Assembly (NCBI GenBank): GCA_963707025.1
Contig: CAVPOM010000004.1
Span: 448,001-512,000 of the forward strand
Direction of reading: 5' to 3'
Source of the DNA: an uncultured Verrucomicrobiae bacterium
Lineage (GTDB): Bacteria; Verrucomicrobiota; Verrucomicrobiia; Limisphaerales; Palsa-1400
Length of the DNA stretch: 64,000 nt
How positions within the stretch are numbered: position 1 is the stretch's first letter; each line of letters opens with the position of its first letter. This document shows positions 53,670 through 64,000 of this stretch, piece by piece. Both the position numbers and the translations under genes were made by a program. The notes below the pieces were generated by a model. That model was given only the letters and a program-made list of their open reading frames with translations, had not been told where the DNA came from and did not search any database.

Positions 53670-54413
53670 GCACGGCCTGTTTGGCCCGCAAGGGCAACTG
53701 CACGGTAAAGACCGCGCCGCGGTCCGGCGCATTGGCGACAGAGACAGTGCCGCCGTGGGCGATGACAATTTGCTGAACGATCCAAAGCCCCAGGCCGCTG
53801 CCTTCGGCCTTGGTCGTGAAGAACAACTCGAAGATGGCCGACTGCTTTTCCAACGGAACCCCGGGGCCGGTGTCGCGAGTCTCAATGGCCAGGATTTCAT
53901 TGGCGGTGTCAACATGCGCGCTGACGCCCACTTGGCCCCTGCCTTCCACCGCTTGGATGGCGTTGACGACCAGATTGACCAGAGCCTGCGTGAGTTGGAC
54001 CGGATCAGCGGTGAGCGGGGGCAAGGATTCAGGCGCTTGCATTATAATCTCAACCCCGCGCGCCGCGGCTTCCGGACGCAGCAATTCGCAGACATGATGG
54101 ATCACTTTGGCCACTTGGACCTGCTGCAAGTCGAGCGAGGACGGCCCGGCCAGACTGAGGAACTGTTTGACGATATTCTCCAGGCGGTGCAACTCGCCGC
54201 GAATGATTTCAAACCGGCCGGCGGCCTTTTCCCTGACCAGGCGCCTTGCGCCAAGTCCTCCTCCAGCAATTGCACATGGATGTCGAGCGAACTGAGTGGA
54301 TTGCGAATCTCGTGCGCCAGACGGGCCAGCAGGCGCGAGAGCAAAAGCTGTTTCTCCTGCGCCGCCAGCTTGCTCACGTCCTGACCCAGCGCAGTTGCCA
54401 AGATTTTTTCCAT
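53662..54413 (-). CDS. Short cytoplasmic histidine kinase (frameshift near 54230)
   Basis: H-box LAHEIRNPL about 30 aa from the start, N-box NLVVNAIQA, DTGPG, FTTKAEGSGLGL. Confidence 0.88.
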
Positions 54414-54527
54414 CGCGACACGAAGGATGCCAGAGACGCGGCCTCGAATCCAGACCTGTTCGCGATCCGGCCGCCGATTTTTAAGCTGGAGTAATTTCGC
54501 ATTCAGAACAGAATTGGAGATGAAACC

Positions 54528-56276
54528 ATGAAAGCGGGAAGCGACGCCTTTGAGCCTTTTGCCCTCCCGGACTGCGCTCCGGCCGTGTTGCCGCCGGAAG
54601 TGCGGGAGCGCGGGCATGTGTTGTCGCTGCTGGGCGTGAAGTATCTGCGGCTGAAGACGGAGGACGGCGGGGATCTCTACTTGACGCATTTCGGCCTGCC
54701 GTTCTGGCAGAATCTCCTGCCGGAAAACTGGTATGCCCGGGAGTGGTTCGAAGCCAAGCGGGAGCGGTTGGAAGGCACCAGCACGATTTACAAAGTGCCC
54801 ACCCGCCGGGTGAGCGGCCGCATGTTGAGCCTCGTCGTCAAATGGTCGCGCGTGGGCGAATACGTGCCGCTGGATACGCTCACGATCAACCGCTTCATGC
54901 ATGCCGAGTTTAACAGTCCGTTTGAGGAGTTCTCGCTGCTGATGGAGTTGCGCCAGGGCGAAACCGGCCCGCCGGGCATTCACATCCGCACCCAGCAACC
55001 GCTGGCCATTTATGTGCCCAGCGAGCGGCTGCAACTCTGGGAAACCGGGCGTTCCGAATCCAAGCTGCGGGCCAAGTTGATCCGCCATTCCGAGGTCGAG
55101 ATTGATATTCTCCGGCAATACGTCGTCCTCTACGGCTGGATCAAAGGGTTGAACGCGGTGGAGATGGCGCAGCATTTGCTTTTCCCGGAGCGGGCGCGGG
55201 CCGAGTTCCTCGCCGCCGCCACCAGTCTGGCCACCCACGAACTATTGCTCAAGGGTTACCGGGTGATTGATATGAAGCCGGCCCATATCATCCTCAGGCA
55301 CGGCCGCAACCAGCCGCTGTTGCGCGACCGGCACGGGCAGTTCGCCTACGCCCTGGTGGATTACGAATTGCTGGAGCGCACGCCCGAACACGAGCAGGCG
55401 GTGCGCGCTTCCAACCGGCAGCTCTACCTCCAGCACATGGCCCGGCGGTTTGAATCCGATGCCGCCGGACCGATGCCCGCCCACTTGCGCGCCACCAACG
55501 TGCTGGGAGTGGATTATATTTTTGGCCGCGCGGAAAGCACCGGCGGCCTCCTCTGGGTCGTCGGCAAGGACCCCGACCTGTTCAATTATTTCCTCCCGGA
55601 ACGCTGGCGGCGAACGCCCAAGAAACGGCTGTCTTCGCACAACCAGGTTTTCCACACCCGCACCAAGGATGACATCAACCTGGTCTGGAGGGTTTCGCGG
55701 ATGGGCGACTTGCCCTGGCTGGTGAATCCCAAGGCGGTCCAGCAGCCGGCGCGGGATTACGGCTTCAACAGCCCCTTTGAAGAATTCGCGTTTGCCTTGC
55801 AATTGGGCCGGGGCGGCACCCGGACGATCTATCCCCGCGCCATCTACATGACCGGCAGCAAGCGGGATCCGGGGCGGAAAACCACCGACCAACGCCGCGG
55901 CGCGGCCTTGGCGCACCTGCGCACTCCGGACGGCGAGCCGGCGGTCCGCCACGATTGCGATTACATTACCATCTGGGGCTTCTGGAACGGCCCGGATCAG
56001 CTTTTGGCGGCGCACGACGGCCGCTATTACACGTCGCTCAATGCCAACCGCGCCTCGGCCCGCCACTTTATCACCCGACAGATGATGGCCGGGTTGATGC
56101 AATCGAAGGCAAACAAGCTGGCGCGTTGCGGCCTGGAGGACCTCAACCTCAAGGCCGATCATCTCCTGATCTCCTTTGATTCCGAGCACAACCTGGTGCT
56201 GGACACCTTCGGCAAGCCCGAAGTGCGCCTCTGCAATTTTGAGCTGGTCTGCCGAAAGGACGCGCGACCTGAGTAA
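54528..56276 (+). CDS. Hypothetical protein with two tandem atypical protein-kinase-like domains
   Basis: Internal duplication (FNSPFEEF twice). Kinase-like motifs VVKWS, DMKPAHII, LVDYEL. Confidence 0.7.
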   Translation: MKAGSDAFEPFALPDCAPAVLPPEVRERGHVLSLLGVKYLRLKTEDGGDLYLTHFGLPFWQNLLPENWYAREWFEAKRERLEGTSTIYKVPTRRVSGRMLSLVVKWSRVGEYVPLDTLTINRFMHAEFNSPFEEFSLLMELRQGETGPPGIHIRTQQPLAIYVPSERLQLWETGRSESKLRAKLIRHSEVEIDILRQYVVLYGWIKGLNAVEMAQHLLFPERARAEFLAAATSLATHELLLKGYRVIDMKPAHIILRHGRNQPLLRDRHGQFAYALVDYELLERTPEHEQAVRASNRQLYLQHMARRFESDAAGPMPAHLRATNVLGVDYIFGRAESTGGLLWVVGKDPDLFNYFLPERWRRTPKKRLSSHNQVFHTRTKDDINLVWRVSRMGDLPWLVNPKAVQQPARDYGFNSPFEEFAFALQLGRGGTRTIYPRAIYMTGSKRDPGRKTTDQRRGAALAHLRTPDGEPAVRHDCDYITIWGFWNGPDQLLAAHDGRYYTSLNANRASARHFITRQMMAGLMQSKANKLARCGLEDLNLKADHLLISFDSEHNLVLDTFGKPEVRLCNFELVCRKDARPE

Positions 56277-56630
56277 TCTTTTTTGACAATATTTTAGTGA
56301 GACAACCGGACTTATTAAGACGTTAAGCAAACGTCCGTGATAATTCCCCGCGCATTGTGAATTTCGATAGTCCTGCCATGCCTGTTTGTTGCCGGCAAAA
56401 TTGCCGGGCAGCATCAACATGGGCATTTCGGCGGGCATGTGGATGGTCCCTCGCTGGAGTTTCTTTGGCAATACTACTGGAACAAGCTGTGGGTCGTTCC
56501 CGCCAGGCGACCGGGGTACGCGGCCCGGGGTACTGAGAGTCCCTCCTCACCCGGGTAGCGCGGGGAGTTCACAAAGCAAGGCCAAACAAGTCCCCGGCGA
56601 TCGGGCGCCGCGGTTCGCAATGCCCGTGTG

Positions 56631-59600
56631 TTAATGGATCGTGCCCATTGAATTGGTCCAGCGGTATTCAGCCGCGCCGTTGAGCGGCAAACGCCATCGC
56701 GAGCCGGTCTGCACGGGAATGGCTTCGGACGCGCTCCCCCCGGCGCATTGCACTTTGGCGGGTTGCGCGAAGCGTGTCCGATCAAACTCGAGGGTGAAAT
56801 TGCGCTCGCGCGGCCAAGTCTTGAGAACCCATTCGTTGCTTTCCTGATGGAGCCGGATGCTGCCGTCAGTTCGCGCGCCTCCAAAATCCACCACGCTGTT
56901 CAAGTTGTTCAGGTGCCGGCCATACCAGGTGGAGGGATCGAAAGCGGTCATATTCGTTTCGGCGGTGAACGTGACTGACGCGCCGGCGTTGGCCAGGTGC
57001 AGCACCCCCAGGCGGATGCGCAAAGTCCCGTCATCCGATCCTTGCAGTGGCACGCGGTGGCCATCGCCCGCGGCCTCAAACAGACCTATGAGCCAGTCAT
57101 AATCGCCGTCGGCCAGGCCGCCAGGGAGGGTGACATTCCACGGGCCGTCGTTGATGGCCTGGCCCGCCTGCCATTGCGAAGTGGGCGGCGAAACCGCGTG
57201 GTCCTGCTGGATGCAAATAATTCCGTTGGCGCAAAAATGGACGAAACAAGTGTAGTTTTTGGCCAGCCGATCCTGCACGTCCCACCGGTAGGTGAGCCGG
57301 AAGGCGCGCGCGCCGGTTTGCTCAAAAGAGGCGACGCTCGGATGCACGCGACGGTAACTGGACAAATTCCAGTCGGCGGCTGCCCGGGCGTTCAAGAAAA
57401 GTGTCTCGCCGGTGTCGGCGAAGTCGGCGATCACGCCATCGCGCATCGTCGTGCCGGCAGCGACCCCGGCGCCCTCGGCCACCCAGCCCAGGTCCGGCAA
57501 AAGCCACGAGCCTGCGGCCAGAACATTGGAGGAGCCGTTGGCGGTGACAACCAGGCCGTTTTCGTACCGAACCCGAACGCGGTTCCAGACGCCGGCGTCG
57601 TCGAGCTTGGCCGCGGCGGTGGCATCAATCCACGCGCCGTGAGTTTCGTAGAGGATCTCGCGGGGCCGCGCCAGCGCGTAGCGGGCCATGACCGGCGAAA
57701 GCAAATGATGTTCCAACCAGGCCAACGGAACGTTGGCATAGACGGAAGCGTCGAGGAACCCGGCGTGTCCATACGCCACCTCCTGCATCCGGTAGCGGTC
57801 CAGCACCACCATGGGCACGGGTCCCGCCCAATTGCTCTGGTAAGACTCGGTGGGCCACCAACGGCTGTAGTAGCCCATGCCGTGGTTGAACTGGAGTGGA
57901 TGGATCTTGAGCAGATCAAAATCCACGGCCAGAGGCGCGGTGAAGCCGCCGTTGCCGGCCCAACCGCTCCCGAACTGGGCTTCCACGCCGTCCAGGCAGC
58001 CGCTCCAGTACCAATGATTGTTGCCTTCCCCGAAGACAGGGCCGTGATGCGTGTCGCGTTCGTAAGCCCAAAGTTGCCGGTGAACATCCCACACCCGGCT
58101 GCACTGGCCGGCCCCGGTTTGGCCGGCGCGGTCGTCCACATGAAACCACGGCGGCACTGCGCTATGCACGTCCAGGTAGTCGGCCGGCGTGTTGTAACGA
58201 CGATGAATCTCCGGGGACTGGGTGGCGGCCAGGCGCAGGATGGCATTGGGCTTGACGGCAAAGGATTGGATGCGGGTGCCGAGATTGTACCAGGCGCGTT
58301 GCAGGTTTCCGGCGGAGTCGAGGGCGATGTCGTTCGTGTCATAGAAATCGTAGTTTGGGTAGTAATCCACGTAGTTCTCATGGAGCGCACACCGGATGCC
58401 CAGGCGCGCGCCGGTGGCGACCAGGTTGCTCATGCCGGCATCACCCCCGTAACGGGCGTTGGCCGGATAGTGCATGGGCAGGGCATTGTCGTAGCCGCTG
58501 CGCTGCCAATCGTGAATGAGAGCCACGCAGTTGGTGATGCCATAGCCGGCCAGCTTGCTCAGGTTGGCGGCGATGTTGGCGAAACTGCCGCCCCAGACGT
58601 CCAGCACGATCTTGTTGGCCAGAAAATCGCGCCAGGGCGAAGGCGGGTTCGGTGGATTCGGCAGGACCTCCGCCAGATGCCAGGCGGCCGTGAAAACGGC
58701 GCGCTCCCGCAGTTGGGCGCGCGTGCCGTCGGTGAGCGCGTCGTAGCTGGCTTTGGTCCCACTGTATGATGTGGCGGCGGAACTGGTCCAATCGAGCAGC
58801 GCGCCGACAAAGAGACCTTCTTGCGGGAGATAATGGACGGCGCCGGGATAGTAGGGCACCGGGACCTGGCGTCGCCGCACTACTGGCCCCCAGGCGCCGA
58901 GGTCGAGCGCGGTCACCCAGGGTTGATCGCAGGAGAGCGCCAGCACCAGGCTCTTGCCCGCCCATCGCCCGGTGATGCGAACGGTGGCAGAGGCCGAGCC
59001 GGCGTCGAAAGTTCGCCAGAGCGTGCAGCCCTGATTGGTCAGGAGCCATCCGCTGGCGACCGGCCGAGCCGGCCTGGCTCCACACAAGCGCCGCCGAGTT
59101 TGCCAATGGCAGCGTGAGGGGTGTGTCGCCCGCCATCTGCGCGTGGAGCGTGAGTAGGCCAAACAGACCATCGTTGGCGGACTGCGGGGCACGCCATTGA
59201 TACTCAAGGACCCCGTCAAGGCCCGTGTAACGGAAACGGGCCACGCCGTTGGACAGGCTGATCGCGGAAGTCCCCGGGAATCCGCTTTGGGGCGCTACTT
59301 CGGTCCTTTCTCCGGCCCACAGGTTGGAGAGGGCCAGAGGCGGGGGCGGAGGGCGGGCTGGAACGGGCGGGACATAGCCCTCCAGCACCAGTTCGCGGTT
59401 GCCCCAGAATGAGTAGTCAAATGAAGGATTGTTTTTAGGGCCGGGATCCACCTCGAAGCGCACCGTCAGGTTGGACCCGCGGCGGGCGCTGAAATCGAAT
59501 TCAAACTCGCGCCAGACATCGTTGGTCTGGTGATAGTCGAACAGCTTGCGGCCGTCGGCGTAGAGGCGGAAAGTGACCCCGTCGGAGTTGGTCACGTTCT

Positions 59601-59964
59601 GCGAGCGCATCGCCGTGGCGCCCCGCAGCAGGATGCGCCTGGCCTCGGATGGAAGACGGATGACGAATTGCTGGAAGGCGATGCCCGTGCCCTGGCGCCA
59701 GGGGCAGTGCAGCAGGAAGGCCCGCTCTCCATTTTGCGTGCCGAATGGCTCGCACGCCACGCCCGTGCGGTCCTCGAAAAAGCCCGACCAGCCCACTGGA
59801 AACTGCTGCTCGGCCTGGCCGCGGTAGGCAAATCCGACGGCGTAAACCCCCAGCTCATCCAGATTCAGCACCGCCAGGTCGGGACGGACGGCTGGTTGCG
59901 CCCTGGCGCAGGCCACCAAGGCGGCGGCGCTCAGGGCAAGCAGCGCCCGGCGGATAGGCTTCAT
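56631..59964 (-). CDS. Large secreted putative glycoside hydrolase, DUF5696-like TIM barrel (frameshift near 59070)
   Basis: Signal MKPIRRALLAL, N-terminal beta-sandwich, then HDWQRSGYDNALP, LHENYVDYYP, YLDVHS, GPVFGEG. Confidence 0.7.
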
Positions 59965-60132
59965 ACGATTGGACGCCAGCCTATCCCGGTCGGCCAAGGG
60001 TGGCAAGAAATGAGATATTCCCAACCTATGGCTGCACACCCCGTCCGGGATGCGCCGGATCGGCCAGCCAATCTGCAGGCCAGCCTCGTTTTTATACTAG
60101 TTTTGCAGAGCGGTTCCAGGCAACCTAAAGCC

Positions 60133-62277
60133 ATGAAGAAGAGTCTTCCCGTTTCGGCGCGGCTGCCGGCCCTGCTGGTTCTGTTTGCTCTTTCCGTGTC
60201 TCAGCCGGCTGGAGGCGCCGGAGTAGTATTGGAAGACGATTCGCTCCTCGTCGCATTCGACAGCGATACCGGCGCGTTGACGCGTTTGGAAAATAAATCC
60301 ACGCACTGGACGATCGAGCGCCGTCCGGAGTTGGGCGTGTCGTTCCGTCTCCACGCGCCGCTGCCGGACCGCCGCGATAATTTTGTGCTGGGGCAGAAAC
60401 AGCGCGCCACGGCGGTCAATAAAATTTCAAACCACGAGGTGCGTTTCCAGTGGCAGGATTTGTTGAGTGAACACGGCGGGACGCTGCCGATGATTTTCAG
60501 CGCCACTGTGACCTTGAGCAATGGCGTTCTAATCTTTGGCGGGACGCTCCAGAACAATTCTTCGCTCATGGTTGAAACCATCGAGTACCCGTATTTTGGC
60601 GACTTTAACCCGCCGGCGCCCGGCAGCTCGCTGCACACCCGGCACATGTGGTACGGCAACCTCGCCTCCAGCGAGATTTATCCCGGTTTTAACAACCAAA
60701 AAGGCTATTGGGGCGTTGATTTTCCGATGCAGACCATAGATTCCAAACAAAGTTTGTTTTGTTTGATTCAGGCGCCAGAAGAAGGTTTGTATGTGGAAAT
60801 GCATGATCCGACCCAGCGTTATCTGCTGGAATACACTTTCGAGCAACATCCGGGAGTCGTTCAGTCCATCAACAATTGGGCGCCCCAAAGTGATGCCATC
60901 TCCGGTTTGCCGGTGCATCTGGAATTTCGGACGTGTCATTTTCTCTTTGTTCATCCGCATGCGGCCGTGGACCTGGCTCCGGTCGTGCTGCGCTCTTACA
61001 AGGGTGACTGGCATGCAGGGGTGGATTTGTATAAGGAGTGGCGCGCCACCTGGTTCAAGCCGCCCCATTTTCCCCAGTGGGTTAAGGAGGTCAACGCCTG
61101 GCAGCAATTGCAGATCAATTCACCCGAGGAGGAGTACCGCGTGGCCTATACGAATCTGATTCACTACGGTCAGGAATGCGCCACCAATGGCGTCAGCGCC
61201 ATCCAACTGGTGGGATGGAATCGCGGCGGACAGGACGGTGGGGACCCTGCGCAGGAGACGGACCCTGGCCTGGGCACCTGGCAGGAATTGCATGATGCCA
61301 TTGCGCAAATCCAGGCCCAGGGGGTTAACATCATCCTCTTCGCCAAGCTCAACTGGGCGGACATGACCACCGCCTGGTTCACCAATGAACTTTTCAAATA
61401 CGGAGCGACTGACCCGTTTGGCATTCCTTATGAACAAGGCGGCTACAGCTATCACACGCCGACGCAGTTGGCCGGCATCAACAACCGCCGGCGGGCGGTC
61501 ATGGATTTTGTCAGTCCGGAGTACCAGGCGATTGCGGCCGGGGAATTTGTGAAATTAATGAAGCTTGGTTCCACCGGCTGGCTCTGGGATGAGATTTGTC
61601 ATCACGGCCCGGTGGAATACAGCTTTGCCGCCAACCACGGCTATGCTCCTCCCGGCTACATCTACGCCGGCGATATTCCGCTGACCGCGCGATTGCGCGC
61701 CGCGGCCGACAAGATGAAGCCGGATTTCCTTTTCAGCGGCGAGGGTCCCCAGGATTGGCTGATGCCATATTACGTCTCCTACTTCCGCATCAATGGCGGT
61801 TCGACGCCCGTTTGCCGTTACCTGGACCCGCAGGCGCCGCTGATGGTTGCGGTCACCGGCTTGGACGATCGCGAGATGCTCAATCTCATATTGTTGGACC
61901 GCTATATTATCAGTTACGAGCCTTACAACTTCAAAGGTCATTTGACGGATTTCCCGCTCACCCTGGCCTACGGCCGGAAGATTGACGCCTTGCGCAGGCG
62001 CTACAAGGCTTATCTGTGGGACGCCGATTTTCGCGATACTTTGGGCGCCAGTGTGAACGCCAATGGTTCACATCGTTATTCTGTATTCGTTACTGCCGCC
62101 GGCAAGCGCGCGGTCGTCGTAGTCAACCAGGAAGCCAGCCGGACCATCACCGCCGGAGTTGAGTTGCCGCAGGCCCGCGAGTTTCTGGTAGCGTCGCCGG
62201 AACAACCCGAGGCCGTCGCCACCACCGGGCCGTTGCAAATCCCAGCCCGCTCGGCCGCGGTGCTGATGGAACAGTAG
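60133..62277 (+). CDS. Secreted putative glycoside hydrolase (DUF6259/GH36-clan-like TIM barrel)
   Basis: Signal MKKSLPVS, GDWHAGVDLYKEW, LVGWNRGGQD, DPGLGT, GWLWDE, FSGEG. Confidence 0.7.
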   Translation: MKKSLPVSARLPALLVLFALSVSQPAGGAGVVLEDDSLLVAFDSDTGALTRLENKSTHWTIERRPELGVSFRLHAPLPDRRDNFVLGQKQRATAVNKISNHEVRFQWQDLLSEHGGTLPMIFSATVTLSNGVLIFGGTLQNNSSLMVETIEYPYFGDFNPPAPGSSLHTRHMWYGNLASSEIYPGFNNQKGYWGVDFPMQTIDSKQSLFCLIQAPEEGLYVEMHDPTQRYLLEYTFEQHPGVVQSINNWAPQSDAISGLPVHLEFRTCHFLFVHPHAAVDLAPVVLRSYKGDWHAGVDLYKEWRATWFKPPHFPQWVKEVNAWQQLQINSPEEEYRVAYTNLIHYGQECATNGVSAIQLVGWNRGGQDGGDPAQETDPGLGTWQELHDAIAQIQAQGVNIILFAKLNWADMTTAWFTNELFKYGATDPFGIPYEQGGYSYHTPTQLAGINNRRRAVMDFVSPEYQAIAAGEFVKLMKLGSTGWLWDEICHHGPVEYSFAANHGYAPPGYIYAGDIPLTARLRAAADKMKPDFLFSGEGPQDWLMPYYVSYFRINGGSTPVCRYLDPQAPLMVAVTGLDDREMLNLILLDRYIISYEPYNFKGHLTDFPLTLAYGRKIDALRRRYKAYLWDADFRDTLGASVNANGSHRYSVFVTAAGKRAVVVVNQEASRTITAGVELPQAREFLVASPEQPEAVATTGPLQIPARSAAVLMEQ

Positions 62278-62283
62278 CAGGGA

Positions 62284-62481
62284 ATGACGGAGCGGAATGT
62301 TGAGGCCAGGACCATCACCGAATCAGGAATACCGCTGGCCAGGGCGGCTGGCGTCAGATTGTTGCCGGTGGAAGGGGGCCGCGCGGTTCTGGAGGCTGGC
62401 TCCGGAAGCTATCGTTTCGCCTCGATTCACACCGAGTCCTCCCTGAGCGGGCGGTTCGTTGGCGCGTCTGGGAAAGGATAA
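62284..62481 (+). pseudogene. C-terminal remnant resembling the alpha-L-rhamnosidase (GH78) tail
   Basis: ITESG.P...A.GV.......AVLEAGSGSYRF with no upstream body. Confidence 0.5.
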
Positions 62482-62486
62482 AGATT

Positions 62487-64000
62487 ATGTTTGAAAAACT
62501 CAATCAGCCACCGGGAATTTCCCGCCGGAAGTTCCTCCGCGCGGGCGTGCTGGGCGTGGCGGCCGCGGCTTCGAGCGCGGCCCTTTGGCCCGGCCTTCTC
62601 GCGGCCCAACAGACCACCGGCGCCGACGGCTCATGGTGGCCGCTGGATCAGGACTGGCTTTTCGGAGGGAAATTCAACCCTGCCGCCCTGGCGCCGTCTT
62701 TTAATGACGCCGCCTTTTCCCGGATTACGCTGCCCCATTGCGTGGCCCGGCTTTCCTGGCAAAAGTGGGACCCGGCGGCGTGGGAGGATCTTTGGATTTA
62801 CCGCCGGCATTTCAGCCTCCCGCGCCAGTTCAAGGGAAAGCGCGTCTTGCTGCACTTTGACGGGGTCATGGTCGGCGCCACTCCGGTCATCAACGGCCAC
62901 GCCTTGCCGCAACATTTGGGCGGCTATCTTCCTTCGCGCTACGACATCACCGAATGGCTCGCCGTCGGCGACAACGTGCTGGCGGTGGCGGTGGATTCCC
63001 GCTGGGGCAATGTCCCGCCCCAAGGCTCGCCGAAAGGTCCGGCAGGCGTTGATTATCTTGAACCGGGGGGCATTTTCCGCCCTGTTCGCCTACAGATCGT
63101 GCCGCAGGTTTTCATCAACGACGTTTTCGCCAAGCCAGTGGACGTGCTCGGGACCGGTCGCCGGATCGAGGTCGCTTGTTCCATTGACGCCGCCTCGCTT
63201 CCGGCAAAACCGATTCAGGTCCGGGTCGAACTGCGGGATGGCACCCGCGTTCTGGCGCGCGCGGATCGGGAATTGAACCTGGAGAAGGCGGGCCAAGCCG
63301 AGGCGGCCTTAACCTTGTCGAGCCTCGGAAACGTCGCGCTCTGGGAGGTGGACGCGCCTCGCCTCTACGATGTTGTGGCCGCGCTCTTTATAGACGGCAA
63401 GCGGGTGCATGATTACCGGGTCCGAACGGGAATCCGGGAAGCGCGCTTTGAGGTGGATGGATTTTTTCTGAATGGGCGGCGGTTGCAGCTTTTTGGCTTG
63501 AACCGCCATGAAATATATCCCTACGCCGGCGGCGCCATGCCTGGGCGCGTGCTGCGTCGTGACGCGGCCATCCTGCGGCGCGATTTCAACTGCAACATCG
63601 TGCGCTGTTCCCATTATCCGCAATCGGAGGCCTTTCTGGACGCTTGCGATGAACTGGGATTAATGGTGTGGGAGGAGACGCCCGGATGGGGCTATCTGGG
63701 CGGCCAGGCGTGGAAAGAGTTGGTGGTGGAGAATGTCCATGACATGATCTGCCGGGACCGGAACCACCCGGCCATTGTCATTTGGGGGGTTCGCGTCAAC
63801 GAATCGGCCAATGATGTGGCCCTCTATCAGCGCACGACCGGGATGGCCAAAGCGCTGGATGGCTCCCGCGCCACTTCCGGCTCCATGACCTCGGGTTCGA
63901 GGAATAATTGGGAGCGGGACTGGCATGAGGACGTCTTCGCCTTTGACGACTACCATTCCGATCCGGATGGCTCTGTGGGCATCGAAAGGCCGACGCCAGG
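62487..64000 (+). CDS. Tat-exported GH2 glycoside hydrolase, runs off the window end
   Basis: Hand translation MFEKLNQPPGISRRKFL (twin-arginine), LHFDGVM, GLNRHE, RCSHYP, WEE, HPAIVIWGVRVNES. Absent from the ORF track, which fits a frame with no stop inside the window. Confidence 0.9.
   Translation, partial: MFEKLNQPPGISRRKFLRAGVLGVAAAASSAALWPGLLAAQQTTGADGSWWPLDQDWLFGGKFNPAALAPSFNDAAFSRITLPHCVARLSWQKWDPAAWEDLWIYRRHFSLPRQFKGKRVLLHFDGVMVGATPVINGHALPQHLGGYLPSRYDITEWLAVGDNVLAVAVDSRWGNVPPQGSPKGPAGVDYLEPGGIFRPVRLQIVPQVFINDVFAKPVDVLGTGRRIEVACSIDAASLPAKPIQVRVELRDGTRVLARADRELNLEKAGQAEAALTLSSLGNVALWEVDAPRLYDVVAALFIDGKRVHDYRVRTGIREARFEVDGFFLNGRRLQLFGLNRHEIYPYAGGAMPGRVLRRDAAILRRDFNCNIVRCSHYPQSEAFLDACDELGLMVWEETPGWGYLGGQAWKELVVENVHDMICRDRNHPAIVIWGVRVNESANDVALYQRTTGMAKALDGSRATSGSMTSGSRNNWERDWHEDVFAFDDYHSDPDGSVGIERPTP

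Overview
GC-rich bacterial DNA whose gene repertoire points to Verrucomicrobiota (inferred, not classified). From left to right it holds: (1) a ~13.4 kb glucuronoxylan-utilisation cluster (CE7, CE15+SGNH fusion, GH115, GH8, GH10, GPH transporter, GH3); (2) tRNA-Leu(TAG) with an adjacent ~4.9 kb decayed island bounded by a duplicated tRNA 5' half plus promoter, carrying hicB, a hicA pseudogene, an IS4-family element and three hypothetical genes; (3) luxE/luxC-like genes, queD and a repeat-rich surface protein; (4) cysK, rho and a WYL regulator; (5) a GH2; (6) a ~870 nt densely structured non-coding region with its own putative promoter and terminator, best read as a large ncRNA, preceded by DnaA-box-like motifs and a small basic protein gene; (7) M23, BspA-type LRR, and an IS3-family element splitting a lipoprotein gene; (8) GH28, glnA, pfkB, amidohydrolase, radical SAM; (9) a sigma54 signalling module beside a tandem kinase/pseudokinase gene; (10) further putative glycoside hydrolases. 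Many genes, including rho and cysK, carry clustered frameshifts that look like uncorrected long-read errors. No CRISPR array or rRNA was seen. All family calls come from motif recognition by eye, without database searches.
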